NCBI GenBank assembly: GCA_001655205.1
Contig: LPNZ01009878.1
Coordinates: forward strand, 71,690-135,689
Direction of reading: 5' to 3'
DNA: 64,000 nucleotides
From: Lenisia limosa
Lineage: Eukaryota > Protista > Breviatea
A program made the position numbers and the translations under genes. Positions within the stretch are counted from its first letter, which is position 1. Each line of letters starts with the position of its first letter. A model generated the notes under the pieces. The model was not told where the DNA came from. It was given only the letters and a program-made list of their open reading frames with translations, and made no database searches. Shown piece by piece: positions 36,775-50,000 of this stretch.

Positions 36775-39700
36775 ATGGAGATGGAAGCAATGAAAGATCC
36801 CATTGCCTCAGCGGCAGCCCAAGCAGCAACATCTTCTGCTGTTATGGCTGTGTTCGGACAGAGTGCTGGCGCTGGTGACGATGCTCTTGATATGATGCCT
36901 TCCTTCATGCATCCAATCTTTAATTCTGTTGAAGGAGCTCAGGATGATAAAGTAAGTTATTGTTCTAGTGTTTTGTTTCTTTTTTTTATTATTTATTAAA
37001 TTAGGTCCCAATGCTTCCTGGAATGAAGAAGACCTTTTACAATAATGACGAGTGGGAAGCTGCTGAAGAGATCTGGGAAACTAAGGACCCCGTTGCCGTT
37101 GCTTACTTTGCATCAATGAACGAAATGCTGAAGAAGGAAGCTGAGGAAGAGGCTGAAGCGATGGAGCTTGACCAAAAAGCTCTTCAAAGGGAAGCTGAAA
37201 GTGCAAGATTAAAAATGATTGAATCGTTAAGGAAAGAAGGGTACGACCAGGCAGTGGAAGAGATGAAGAAAGTTGACAAAGTGCTTGAGGAGAAGAAGGT
37301 CGTGAGAATGATCAAGGGAAAGAGAATGTTGAGAACCATTAAGGTTATTGAAGTTGCTCCAGTGGAAGATGTGGAGATAGATGATGAAGATTTCCTTACT
37401 CAGGTTGAATATCTCGACAAACTTGGGATTCCCTACGAAGAAGAGGAAGAGGTGGTGGAGGGAGAGGAAGAGGAAGAGAACGCGGGAATCCCCGATTCCT
37501 TTGTTTCTAAGAAACGAGCTATCGCTGTTGTACCTTTTGCTGAAGAGGTGAGTCAAAGAAGGGTCTTTGAACAGCAGTTTGTTTTCCAAAGTCGTACTCG
37601 TGTTGTTTTCCTTCATCTTCTCCTTTGTTTTCAACTTTAAATAACCATTTTAGCTTGCTTACCGTGCGATTACTGACAAAATGAACCACCCCTCCAGCCT
37701 CAGAACAGTCCTTAGATCTCTCCACCCTGAGCAGGTTTGCCTCATTTTATCTTTGTGTTCTTTGATTTCGTTTTTCTTTTTCTACCACTGTATCTATTTT
37801 TGTTGATGATTTCTCCATTAAAATAGCTTATTGCCTTGAACACTTTACTTTTTCATTTATTGAAAACAGCTTGCAGCCATTGCTTGCCGTAGTATCCTGA
37901 AGTCTGCCCCTGGAAGTGCACCTCTTTTGAATACGGTCCTTCCCTCGGATGATTCTGGCGAAAGTATCAAGTCCTTCAAAGACCTTTGTAAAACAGTAAG
38001 CGTGCTTTAGTTGGTAAACTAAGTATTCGTAGAGCGAACTGTTTTATCCCTCTTACCCTCATATTTATCTTTTAGGCAATTCGCGTATGTTGTGCAGCTG
38101 CCTCCGAAAAGACCACACACTTTACTATCAAAAATCCAACCGAAGAACAAATCTTGGCAAAAGTAAGGACGGGTCACCTGCTTTGTTGTGGCATGGACTT
38201 TTCAAATCAGTTCGAACATTCGTGGAAATATTGTAAAAATCGATAATGTATTTAGTATTGTCTGAAATAAAGTGCTGTTAATGTGCTAGTTATTTTGTGT
38301 TGTCGTTGGCAAAGTTGGATATTCGAAGCACTCTATTCTTTATTGCGCGTCATATTAAACGTGAATCACACCACTTTTGCCTCTTTTACTCCTTTCTCAA
38401 AATCGACTTAAGAGTCATTCTCCAAGGAAGGCCTCTTCCAGGCCCCTTCTTCGATAGTTAATCTGCTATTGGAGACAGCTTTTTGAAACCCTGCAGATAT
38501 TTGGATTTTGAATATTAATTTTCACATATGTGAACTATCTTTTCCATGGAGTGATTTTTTAACCCATATTAATCCACTATGAGATCAGATGTCCAACTGA
38601 TATGATGAGGGTTCATCCCGAGTGTATCAGAGTATTGAGACTTGTCAGAGTGAATATGAGCAATCTAGTAGATATCAGCATATTGTTTTGTTTTAAGAAA
38701 AATAACATAAATAAATTGATTACATATATTACAACTCAGGAAACTGAAACTCGTGTACCTAATGCCGATGATGTTGCTGAATGTGTTTTATCTGCTTGTA
38801 AACGAGTGACTGTTCTCATCCAAGTGGCCTTAGCAGGTTGGTATCTCACATTTTATTAGTATTACAAACTATGCCATTGTTTGACTTTCGCAGCTCATGA
38901 CTTTAATTCTGCGCTGTCCTTCTTGACCAGCTCTCTCCCTTGGGTGGACAGGCTATCTTTTGCTGCTTCTTCAATCAAATCTCATGGCACCCTCTTCCCA
39001 CCCAACGCTCCTAATATTAAAAAATCGTGGGTTTTTCAATTTTAATGTCAATCATGCTTCCACTAGTAACCCTGTAGACCTTTCCATGCCCCCTCATGCC
39101 CCCCTACCCTTCCCCATTTGCCAGTGTGCCTTATTGCGGTTTGGGTTGATCTGGAAGACAGCTTACAAACGTGCAGCTCTGAAGCGAAGAACCTTCCTTG
39201 GATGGTTTGTTTGTTGTTTGAGGACACTGAAAGCTTTTTAAAAAATAATCTTGTTGTAGACTGTTGCGTTAGCAGTAAGAGCGTTTGAAGACCGTCCGTT
39301 ATTTTCCAATTCTATGGGATTACTCAGAGGTCGAATTGAGGTTTGTTAACAACTATAAATCTTATTGATGACTGATGTGTTGTTATATTGTTCATATTGT
39401 CAGGTCAAACCGCCAATTTTGGATGAGACTAATCTTGATGATGAAGAACGGCTTACATCGATCAACAATCCAGAAGGTTTGGCTCAAAAATGGAGGATAC
39501 TTTTAGGCTATTTTTTTCAACTATTTTTGTTCCTGTTATTGTGAATTTTCATTTCTTTAGAGCCAGAAGGAAGGACAGTTCAAGGACCAGCCTGGTTGCC
39601 GCCATGGGTTCTTGCTCAAAAGGAGTTCAGACAAGAAACAGAAAACAGAGTCCATGCACAGGTTTGTTTCTTGATTGGGTGTGTTTTATTTTGTCAATGG

Positions 39701-39962
39701 AAATAACACTCATGTTTTGTTTGTAAAGCAAGTTATTTTTAATTAATAAATAGAAAGAGGTTTAACTTTCCAGTTCGGTGATGTCACTCAAGTGGAGTAT
39801 GCTAAGAAGGCGGACCTCTGGGATCTGCAACTGTCTCAGCTTACCAGGCCCAACGTTGATCCTTGGAGTATGGAATTACCGCCTGAAGAAATAGCAAGGC
39901 TCAAGCGAAAAGAAGAGCTTCTTCTTAAACGTAATGCTGAACAAATGGAAAAAAATTCTTAG
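36775..39962 (+). CDS. Uncharacterised protein with an acidic/coiled-coil N-terminal half
   Basis: A long open exon at 37011-37547 (EEEAEAMELDQKALQREAESARLKMIESLRKEG...) is followed by about 8 phase-compatible GT-AG exons ending ...ARLKRKEELLLKRNAEQMEKNS*. The true start may lie upstream. Confidence 0.75.
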
Positions 39963-40239
39963 ACAGATGGAGGATTAGAGGGAGGATTTGCAAGAATATT
40001 ATTTTCTGCCTCATGCGTAATTATTAACACTTAGTGGTGGTGTGTGGTGGTGGATGGACCTCAAGAAGCTCGGATTTTGAACCTCCGGGGGACCTTCATT
40101 TTTGTGGGTGGCTCTCTCAAACCGCTTCTGTGATGTGTTTTGTTTCTTGTAAGTAATATAACGTTTCAAATCATCATTCAGGAGGGAGGGTTTTACGTTT
40201 GTTTTGTGAAGCGGCAAGGAGAGTGAGTATTCAAAAAAC

Positions 40240-40760
40240 AATTATCACAAAAAAAATCACAAAAGAAATGATTAAAACATAAAACAAATAATGTTAGATA
40301 TAGATATTAATTGTATATATTTGATTAATAAAAAACTAATTTCAATAAACAAAATATTTCTATTAATTAATTATTTTATATTAAAGAACAATAATTGTAT
40401 TACAACTAATATATAGATTATGTAATATTTCAAAAACGTAAATGAAGTTTCAGAAAAGTTTCAAAATTGTCTAGCTGTAAAATGATGATTTAGTATACTT
40501 GTTTATATTTTGTCATCTATATATTAATTGTTTAAATATTTAGTATTTGAAAATATTGTTGTGGATATTTAATTTAATTTATAATAGTGGATTAATGTTT
40601 CAAATAGTGTTTCACAAAAGGCAAGCCTAAAATATTTAGGATTTGCCTTGATTATGTCATTTTTATATTAATTTTTTAATAATTTTAGTATTTGACACTA
40701 TTGTTGTTGATCTAAAAATAGTGTTGTTGATTAAATGGTGTTTAACAATATAATTAGGCT
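40240..40760. other. Very AT-rich intergenic tract containing a short hairpin
   Basis: The sequence is visibly almost all A/T with no ORF. An imperfect inverted repeat aaggcaagcctaaa-ata-tttaggatttgcctt lies at 40618-40649. Confidence 0.7.
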
Positions 40761-41174
40761 TTTCCTCGTGGTTGTATAGGAAGGGAGATTATTACGAGAG
40801 TGGATTGAATTAACTTTTTGGATAATTTTCTCTATATGATCTCATCATATCCGCCGATACACAAGGGAGAATTACCTTGTGTTCATAATTTCGACTTGAA
40901 ACTTGGTCATTAGATATTTTAAAAAAAACCCCTCCTAAACGTTTCTCTGTTTCAATTTCGACTCAAAAGTCGGAGAACAACTCATATTTAAACAAAATTC
41001 TATATATTTATTTCAAACTGTAATCAAAAGTTTGTGACTCGTTATCCATCGCTTGTAGCATTAAAAAAAACCTTAAACACTATCTCTATTTTCACTATCA
41101 TTCTTGTCTGTTTTGTATTATTATTATTAGAAGAAGCAAGTTTGATAAAGCAACACTGCATTTCCTTAAGATCC

Positions 41175-42823
41175 TTAAGATTGTTGGGGGGTACTACTAG
41201 GGATGATACACTCAGTCTCCGTGAGGACATATCCTTGTCTTTCGATAACAGGCTTGAAGAATGGATGATGCATGGCTTCAATAGCAGTTGGCCTCACTAA
41301 AAGTTACAACTGGTATGATTTTGAAACTCACAGGCAACGTCATATTGCAGCAGTTGTGATAGTAGATCAAGAGCGTCATCCTGAACAAGATCCATGTTTG
41401 TGGCATTTGTGCAGAGATCTCTCCAATCTCTTCTCGGGTAGCTGAAGCAATTAAGAGAAAAGAATAAACCAACGTTCCAAGGATTTTGTCGTATTTTGGA
41501 GATAACACAAGGTTGTATTTGCTGATGTATTTTTGAAGGTCATCAGTTCCCAAAACCTAAAAAATAGTGATAAAAAACGTAGTGGTTACCTTTGCGATCT
41601 TCACAAGCTGATCAAAGTTATCTTTGCCTCTGAACATTGGATCACGGTTGAACACCATAGCTCCGAGCATACATCCCAAACTCCACATATCGAGAGAGTA
41701 ACTGTAATCCTTAAACAATAAGCAAAACCTCCCATAAACTAACTTGGTGATCAGTCAAGAGTTCAGGGCCTTTATAGAATCGTGAAGCAACACGAACATT
41801 GTACTCCTTATCTAGAGAATAATCCTGTGTTCACTAGGAAAGGAAATGTTTTATTTTTTTTGCAATAAAGCATGTATTTTGAACTAGGTACACACAGGAA
41901 AAGAAAACAACACAAAAAAGAAGCCAAGAAAAGGAGCAAACTTCGGAATACATTAAAAGAAAAAGAGGAAGGGAAGGGAGAAGAAGGGAAGGGAAGGGAA
42001 AAAAGGAATAGGAAAAGGAAAGGAAAAGGAGAAGGAGAGAATTAAAGGTACAGAAAATCTCATAGTAAAAAATAATGATAATAAAGGCATACTGGGGTGA
42101 TAGAACTCAGCAAGGCCCCAATCAATAAGTCTCAGCTTCTTTTGCTTGTGGTCAATCATGACGTTGTGGGGCTTCACATCTCTATGCATAATTCCCTGGC
42201 TGTGACAGTAGTCAAGTGCCTGAAAGATAACAAAAAAACAACAAAGACAACATACCAAGAGGATTTGGAAAATATAATAGCGAATATCGTAGAGCTGAAA
42301 CTGAGGATAGAGAACCTTGAAATCATGGTTATCGACCCATTCAAAAATCTGAACATGTTAATCACATAACTTTCTAAAGTGCCATCCTACTAAAGAAGGA
42401 GTTCTGCTGACTGGATCACGGACAATGTCAAGCAAGTTAACAATATTTAAACCTCCTGAAACATTCTACAGAAAATCAAAATAATAAGAGTAACAAACTT
42501 GCAAGATTTTAATCTCTCTTTTGATCTTCTTCTTTTTTACTGGCTTTAAGATCTTAATAACGCATTTTTGGTTGTTTTCAACGTTGACTCCAAGGAAAAC
42601 CTGAAAATTAACCAATCAAATAGAAACCCACATCTGAATACTTTCCTCTTCCAATTTTCTTGACAACCTCATATTTTGATTGATCACTAACAATTAGCAA
42701 AAAAAAAAACCCCCAAGTCACAGAGAGTGATTCATAATCCCAATATTCACGGGGACGGCTAGGATTAACATTAGGATATTGGCGAGCAAGACGCCATGAG
42801 TTTTTGTCGGACTGTGACGCCAT
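41175..42823 (-). CDS. CSNK2A: Casein kinase II catalytic (alpha) subunit
   Basis: [100 protein letters not shown] and [14 protein letters not shown]. All introns are canonical GT-AG, including one of 24 nt (42687-42710). Confidence 0.97.
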
Positions 42824-43212
42824 CTACAAGCCTAAGAGTCTTGAAAACAAGCTTTTTCATGGTTTAATATATCACTGGCCTTGTGAAGACTCTTAAAGGG
42901 AGGAAAGAAAGATGGTAACATTTGTTCCCACTTACAGCGTTGTTTTAGTATCTCTAGTGCGCCTTCTTTCTTTCTTAGAAGTGCTTTGGCGACCTGCCTA
43001 TTGAAAATAGTCAAAAAGGGAAAAATGTGCAAAAACGCCCCCATTTTAACTGCCGCCGCCGCACTTTGCCTCATAGCTCCTCTTTGGCTTCTTGCTTCCA
43101 CCTCCACGCTCGTGCTTCATATTTTTTTGGTTCATTGTGCGAGCATTGTGTCGTGATTGTTTCTGAATATTTCTAAACGAAAAATAGCGTTCAGTACTGT
43201 GGCGCACAGCGT

Positions 43213-45429
43213 ATGAATCCATCCGATTCGCTTGCCCAGTTATCCAAGATTGCAACTTCCTCACTTGAAGAAGCTAATAACACAGATGATGATGCTTCAA
43301 GGAAGGTAGCATGTATATATTGTAGGAAACAGAAGCAGAAGTGCAGCGGTGGTCATCCATGCAACTTTTGCATCAAGAAACAAAAAGGTTAGCGCTTTCT
43401 TTTTACATTCGAATGTATCTATGTAAATCCAAAAAAACCTGGTCCAAAACATAGGGTTGCAAAAGTTGAGACCTCTAAACGTTGCCCTCCTGTTTCCAAG
43501 AAAATATCATCTTTTATCTCGAACAAGTATGCTGGCTTTAGTGATGTGACTTTTAGACCAAATAATGTTCCGCCACCTTTTACCTTCTGCCAAGAGTCTT
43601 TAGGTTTTTTGGTTTTCATCATCAGACCATATCAAAACAACTGTTTCTGCAATTATTGGTTTCACGATCCCTATTCAGCTGATTATATCGCCATGTAGAC
43701 CAGTTTGAGGATGTTATTCACTTATTCTTTTGCACATCAATAATAAATAACCATTATTCTTTTTTAGGGTGATTTTTTGCTTTCTTCTCTTTGCTCTGTT
43801 CCTTATCTCTTCTACCAATCCAAATGGAAGGAATGTTTACAGTGTGTTTTTTTTTTTTTTGAATAAAAAGATCGTTAAAAACCTCATTGGACTACTTTGG
43901 TGCAGCTATGTCTTCACCATCTGCTTCTGGCGTGACTGCGTGTTGTTTACTTTCGTTGTATTATGGACTGGCTGGATCAATTGCGATGATGCAACATGTT
44001 TGTTCCCTTGATTTCTCATATTGTAGTATTCCAGGATTGGTATTTCTCTCAAGAAGGCAATGAATCATATGGCACATTCCTCTCTGAATGCCGAAACAGC
44101 GAACATGGTCGAAGCCAGTGTTGAAATGATGAAGTCCTTGATTGGTATTGGCTGATCTTTTTGTTCTTATATTTTTCAGATGAGGATTACCAAGTGACAG
44201 AAGAAATGGCCAAAAAATCATATCTTGCCTTTATGAAGTGAGCACAATGTTTGTGTTTACTATTTAAGACTATGCTTGACATTTGTTGAAAACAGGAGGA
44301 AAGGAAACGATACCGGAGACCCACAGCTTATTGTCAGAGTTTGCTACTTTGACCATTGTGACTGTTTAGCTCACTGAGCACTGGAACAAGGAGACTAGCG
44401 AAGGAAGAAGTTTGAATATATCGGTTAAATCTTCGGGAAGAATTATTTCAGGTGGGAGTTTTTTGAATGACTAACTTTAATTAGGATTAATGAAAGGCTT
44501 GGCATCATGGGTCTCTGGGGATGTGTCAACAGGGGCTGAAAACGCATCTGAAGCACTTGGAATTACTTCAGTATTCGATTTCGACTAACCAGCTTGACAA
44601 CCATGCACCTCTGATTTTATTTGGTCCACTTCGTCCATGCTTTCCCCATTTGTCGTATCTCTTCATGGAAACTAAAACGGTTCTCCCCATTTATTAATCA
44701 GATTGCTGGCTTGTTTGCCTTACACCGTGTTCTTGATTTCTTACGAGGGATGGCTTGTTGGAGAAAGGAAATTGATCGTCTTCTGGGGGTGTTAGGGATG
44801 GCGTTCCACTCTTTCGGAATGAGAAAACCATCTCTCAGAGAACTCTCTGCGGCTCCTTCTCTTTCCACTGCAGATCCTTTGGAAGCGTATTTCATTTCAT
44901 TAGACAAATTCGAAGCACCCCAAACGAAGCCTCTCTTACCTCAAGTGGTTGGTTGAATTAGTATTTGTCGAAAACTCTTTATTATATACTATGATAAATT
45001 CTCATTTCTACGTCTTGACCGATTTTTCAAAAATCGACATCAGTCGACTTCCAAAATTAATAAATTGCTTGTCATATTCTCACAATATAGGCTGCCAAAC
45101 CTCCACCAGCAGCACCTGCAGCTCCTTCGTTTGCTTCAATACCCCCTCAGTTCTACCAACCAATTGTTCAACATATTCAAGATGCCAAACCTAGCGAGGA
45201 ACCTCAGAATCAAAACGCAGAGGAATCCTTGAATCCTACAACAACGTCTCAACCAATTAACATGAATCCTATTGATGAATCAGATGCTATCAACATCCCT
45301 CCTAATCTGGCAGCTTTTCTCAAACCTGTTCTTGGTGAGATTCCAACATCAGTGTCGAAATCATTTCTTGTTAAATATGGTGTTGACCTCTCCTTCATTG
45401 AGCAATTGACTCAAAATAATCAAAAGTGA
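43213..45429 (+). CDS. Zn(II)2Cys6 (Gal4-like) zinc-cluster transcription factor
   Basis: ACIYCRKQKQKCSGGHPCNFCIKKQK-ECIYVNPKKPGPK fits the C-x2-C-x6-C-x5-C-x2-C-x6-C pattern. It needs a non-canonical intron, described in findings. Helical middle exons and a Ser/Pro/Asn-rich C-terminus follow, ending at the ORF stop 45429. Confidence 0.85.
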
Positions 45430-45499
45430 TAAATATATCTTCACTTCACAATTTTAAACTTCAAAAGGTGACTTTTCATGTTCTCTTTGACCGTTTCAT

Positions 45500-46950
45500 T
45501 CACTGACATTATCTAATAAATCGCACATACCTTGTAAAACCATGGTGACTTCTTGGAACAATTGAGACCTTTCAACTTCAAAAAAATGAAGTGACTTGAA
45601 CAGCTCAATGGAAGCCTTGAAAATAACTTAGGTTTGGACTCACAGTATTATGTAACTTAATTTTGGCCATAAATGATTCAATCTTCCAGTCAGTATTCTC
45701 CAAGGCTAATTAGTTGAAGGCTCAAACCATATCCTCCTGCGAGAAGAATAGAGTTCTTTGCAAAACTACACCTTCTTGCTCTTTTCTCAGCAACCATAAC
45801 GTTAAATTCAACTCAAGTCAAATAAAAGGATAAAACTGCTTTGATTCTTCATCATAAAACATATTGACATCACCAACAATTCCTAGATATGAACAAATCA
45901 TGAAAACCCAACCGTCAATATTTTGAGTTTCAGCCGAATCTTTAATTAAAAAGGTGATTTCTACTATTAGTCAAGAAAACTTACTATCTGAATCCTCTTG
46001 CCATTTTTGGCACATTTCCATGTCTTCTTCAAGAGTTGGAAACTCATCCATTCCTGTGAAGGTGACATTATCAAGTATAATTATTCTAAAACCAAGAGAT
46101 GAAAAGGAAATCAATTTTTAAAATGTTAAAGACATGACAAAAAAGTGTTGGTGCACTTTCACCAATCACCAAACCTGTTAAATGGGCAATATCGCTATCT
46201 TGGAGCCAGGCATTATACTGCTCAACATGGCAAGGTAGATAAGGTATCAACGAAAGCCGTTTCTAAATTAAGGAACTATCATTTTTGAAATTAACTTTAT
46301 TTTATATGATACGTAATATATGTACTATGTCTACTATATCTCATATATTAGTATACCAACTAGTATCATAATTATAGATGCAACATTCCCCTAACTCTTC
46401 CATACCTCGCATGCCGTGAGGTCCATTTCACTGAAAGTCAATCCGTTCAGAACCTTTTCAACAAATTTTTTTTATTACAAATGCAATGATACGTTAATGT
46501 ATCAATGAACCAAAGGGCGGGGGTGGGGGGTGTAGATGTATCAGGATGTATCTGCCCTGTCTCTGTGATAGTGGGTGAGGGTGAGGAGTGAGTCTGGGGC
46601 TGGCTGGGGGGTGAGAGTGTGAGGGTGTGTNNNNNNNNNNNNNNNNNNNNNNNNNNNNNNTTGTTGTTAGTAGCAAGTTGGTGGTCCCAAAATGGGCATG
46701 GGGGGTTTATAATGCGCCTTATTATGAAATTTGAAGAGCCCGTAGCCGTGCCGTAGGTGGTAACTTGAAATAATTTTTTGGGGAAATTTTGAAATTGAAA
46801 TTTGAACAATAAGTTGACAATAAGTATTTAAAACAGTTAAAAAAGTAAGTATAAATGTATAAAAGCTGTATAAAAGAGTAAAAATACAAGTTATCAGGGA
46901 AGTCTCGAGAGAAGGGAGTTTCGCCCACAACTGGGAACTGGGCACCTTTC
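45500..46950 (-). CDS. Possible uncharacterised or degenerate spliced gene
   Basis: Exon-like pieces with GT/AG ends: VLNGLTFSEMDLTACE, EQYNAWLQDSDIAHLTGLVI and IIILDNVTFTGMDEFPTLEEDMEMCQKWQEDSD. The downstream part has many stops and there is an N gap at 46631-46660. Confidence 0.3.
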
Positions 46951-47052
46951 CCCCTCCTTCTTTTTAAATTGTACTAACGTAGTGGTAAAGTGGTAAAATA
47001 TACTGGTTGGTAAGAAAGAGACATCAGCAACAACAAAACTACTTTTACGATC

Positions 47053-50000
47053 ATGGTTTGGTGTCCTCCTTCATTTGTTGACTTTTAGAAACCAATATTC
47101 ACGGTTGATTCCTCTCAGTTTGGCCAAGGCCCTATCATGTAAGATGTTTTACCATTAATAATCTCAGAACATCATGGCACCCTGAGTCAGCATTTGTGGC
47201 CACAGCTGGAATTGAGCCCTCCGTTATTGTCAGTGATCGTCATGGACGCAAAGTGGCAGAAGTTAACCTTTCCTCGTAAGAGACTGTGTTTGTGTTACTA
47301 TTTTAGATCAGCAATATGTCTTGATTGGGACTGTCAAGGAGAAACCCTTGCCATTGCTGAGGTTTGTCATGACTAACTTTGGTTCAATAACCGTTTCAGA
47401 AAGCCTCCTCAGAAATCGTTCTCTTCGACCTTCCAACTGGTAGATCCGAAAAAGTATGAGTCTAAATTCCTGTTAATAATCCATAGGTTCAAACAGATAT
47501 GCGTCCCGTAACAGTTCTTGCCTGGAACAAAACAGGTCCCCAGGTATGTTCACGTTTTTAGTAACATTCAGCTTGTTATCGGAAGTGGCAAAGGGCATTT
47601 GTGTATTTACAACAAACAATCCAGAGACATTATTCCCATTGTTGGAAAGCATACGAAAAGTTCTTTTTCCTTTGCTAATCAGAAATCACATCTGCGGAGT
47701 GGAACAACGAATCCATTTTCGCCCTCGGTTCGGAGGATAGACAGGTGACTATCTCGTCTGCCGATGGTGAAACACTGACATCTACTCAATGCAAAACTTC
47801 CACTAGATATTTCCAGGTAGGTGTAAAGGTAAACGTTGATTGTTTTAGTTTGGTTCCACAAAAGCAGGAGATCCAGCAAACACTCTCGCAGCAATTGTTG
47901 GAAAAGCAACAATCTTCCTCTTCAACAGATTCAACATTAATGATCCTTTGGAATTGGTTGGCTTCAATGCCTCTTGATAACTTGATTAGGAGTTCCATCA
48001 ACATTATGGTGGTGTTGTTTCTTACAAATGGTTCGGAGTGAGGTAAGGCAGATTATCTTTTTCTCATTGTGTCCAGCCATCTTTTCGTCGGCTTCACCAG
48101 TGGGCAATGTGTGATTCTTAATACTTCTGATGAGGACACAATTGAAGAAATGTTTTCAGAGAAGGTTTTAACCTTATTTTTTTTTTTTCATATTTTAGCT
48201 ATTCCGAACATACCTTAATGATGTAACTGTTTGTGAACATGTTCAAAAAGCGGCTGTGATTGGCGATTCAAGCTTGAAAATTTTAAGTACTCGAAACAGA
48301 AAGGTAGTTCAAACTAACAAGGTTGATTCTCCAGGAGGTTATTGATACTGCGGTGCTTGATGATGAGATGGGGTACTTAGATAGAGTGCATTGGAGCCCT
48401 GACGGCTCTGTCTTAATTGTCACATCAAAACAAGGTTAATTGGAGATTATTGTGTTTCGTTCTGTTTTCGTTCCATTAATATTACCAGGCAATTTGTATG
48501 CGTATCTCACATCACTGCCTTCCCTTTCCGATGCTACTGGAGCGAGACTTGCCTATCTTTCGTCTCTCAGTCAAGTCACTGTGGTTTGGAGCCTTATCCA
48601 TGCTTTATTCTCTAGCTTGATACGGACCAGACGGAAATCACCCCGGTCGCTATTGACGTTGATGTGGAACCTGCTTTTATCGCGGTAAGACAGCACCAGT
48701 ATTGTCTAATGTCTAGGTGGGCGATCAATGCCTTTTGGTTGGAAAGAATAACAAAAGCTGGGCGTACAGTCTCAACCCGTCTTCTTTGGGCAAGCTCATT
48801 GCATCACGAGACTACCTAGCCACAGTGTCAAAAGCATTGACAAGAGGGTCTTGGGTTGTGTGTTTGGCAGGTGAACGAGCGCTCCTGCATCATGTCCAGC
48901 AAGACTCTGAAGGTCTGTCATGAGCCTCAGTTTAGTACTTCGCTCTCCTTCATTATCTTAATTAAATATATCATAACGTATGAATACTATATTATAAATA
49001 TGATATCATATACTTTCACAAAACTTCATTTTGAAAATAGAGCTCACACTAAAAAAGGGAAAGGTGAGAAGTTGGCTTTGGGGAATGATGATAAAAAAGG
49101 AAGATATCATCAGAGAGCCTCAAAATGTGCAGCAAGAGAGGCAGAGGACTGAGGGTTCAGGGATCAGATCAATGAAATAAGCTGCCTGAATGCATCGTTA
49201 AAGTTCTTCAAATGCTATAAATGATTATAACACAGGCAAATTTTTTTTTCTTTATAAGTATACTCAAATTGAACTGAACTTAGGTCACCGGTTTACTGAG
49301 TAGTACTTCTTGGTATATTTTATATTTCAATAATTTTTTGTTTTATTTAAACAGCCAAAAAACAGCATAAACTACAGTTTTTGAACAGTATGACTATAAT
49401 ATAAACAGCAAACGGAAAACCTTTGAAATTGTTGAAGATCATGTTCTGAAACCAATATAAAAATCACTGTAAAACTCCTATAGATTCATCAATGAAGACA
49501 ATCCCCGACCGAAGCCAGCCCGTCTCCATCATGGATATTGGACTTTCTGAAGAGTTCTTGATCTATGGAACTGAAGTTTGTGGTTGTTTTTATTTAACTC
49601 TATTCTAGGAAGGAGACTTGGTGTTTTTCTCACTCAACGATCAAGCCGGTTTGATTTTATAATACATATGAGATTCATGGTGTAGTGGTTTCGGATTATA
49701 GACATTCGACTGGAATCAGACATGTTTATCCCAACACCTCAGCCACCAGAGTGGTCTTCATTGATTCTGACGCAGCGGTGAGTCCTCACCTTATCTGATT
49801 TTGTACTCATCTGTCAGGGATGGCTCTACTCTCCAGTGGATGACTCAGTTCTACCAATCCCCTCATGGCCCGAAAGAGGAGCCACTATTTTATGGGATGC
49901 TGCTGATTGGAGTGTTTTCACTGCGGTTCATGGAGAAAGAGTATGAGGTTTTTTTAGCCAACATACAGGTTGATACATATGCCTACCGAGCCGTCAGCCT

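Noticed and set aside
47018-47031. RFX X-box upstream of IFT144
   Set aside because: Only the AGCAAC half-site matches; the other half deviates from GTNRCC.
47052-47055. Overlapping divergent start codons on a CATG palindrome (minus-strand [14 protein letters not shown]...)
   Set aside because: The available splice gives an early stop. The hydrophobic run is explained by the reverse complement of a CAA-rich 5' UTR.
49085-49152. Box C/D snoRNA candidate (ATGATGA...CTGA) in a long IFT144 intron
   Set aside because: There is no terminal stem, no C'/D' boxes and no guide sequence I can recognise as rRNA-complementary. A snoscan or Infernal hit would be needed.
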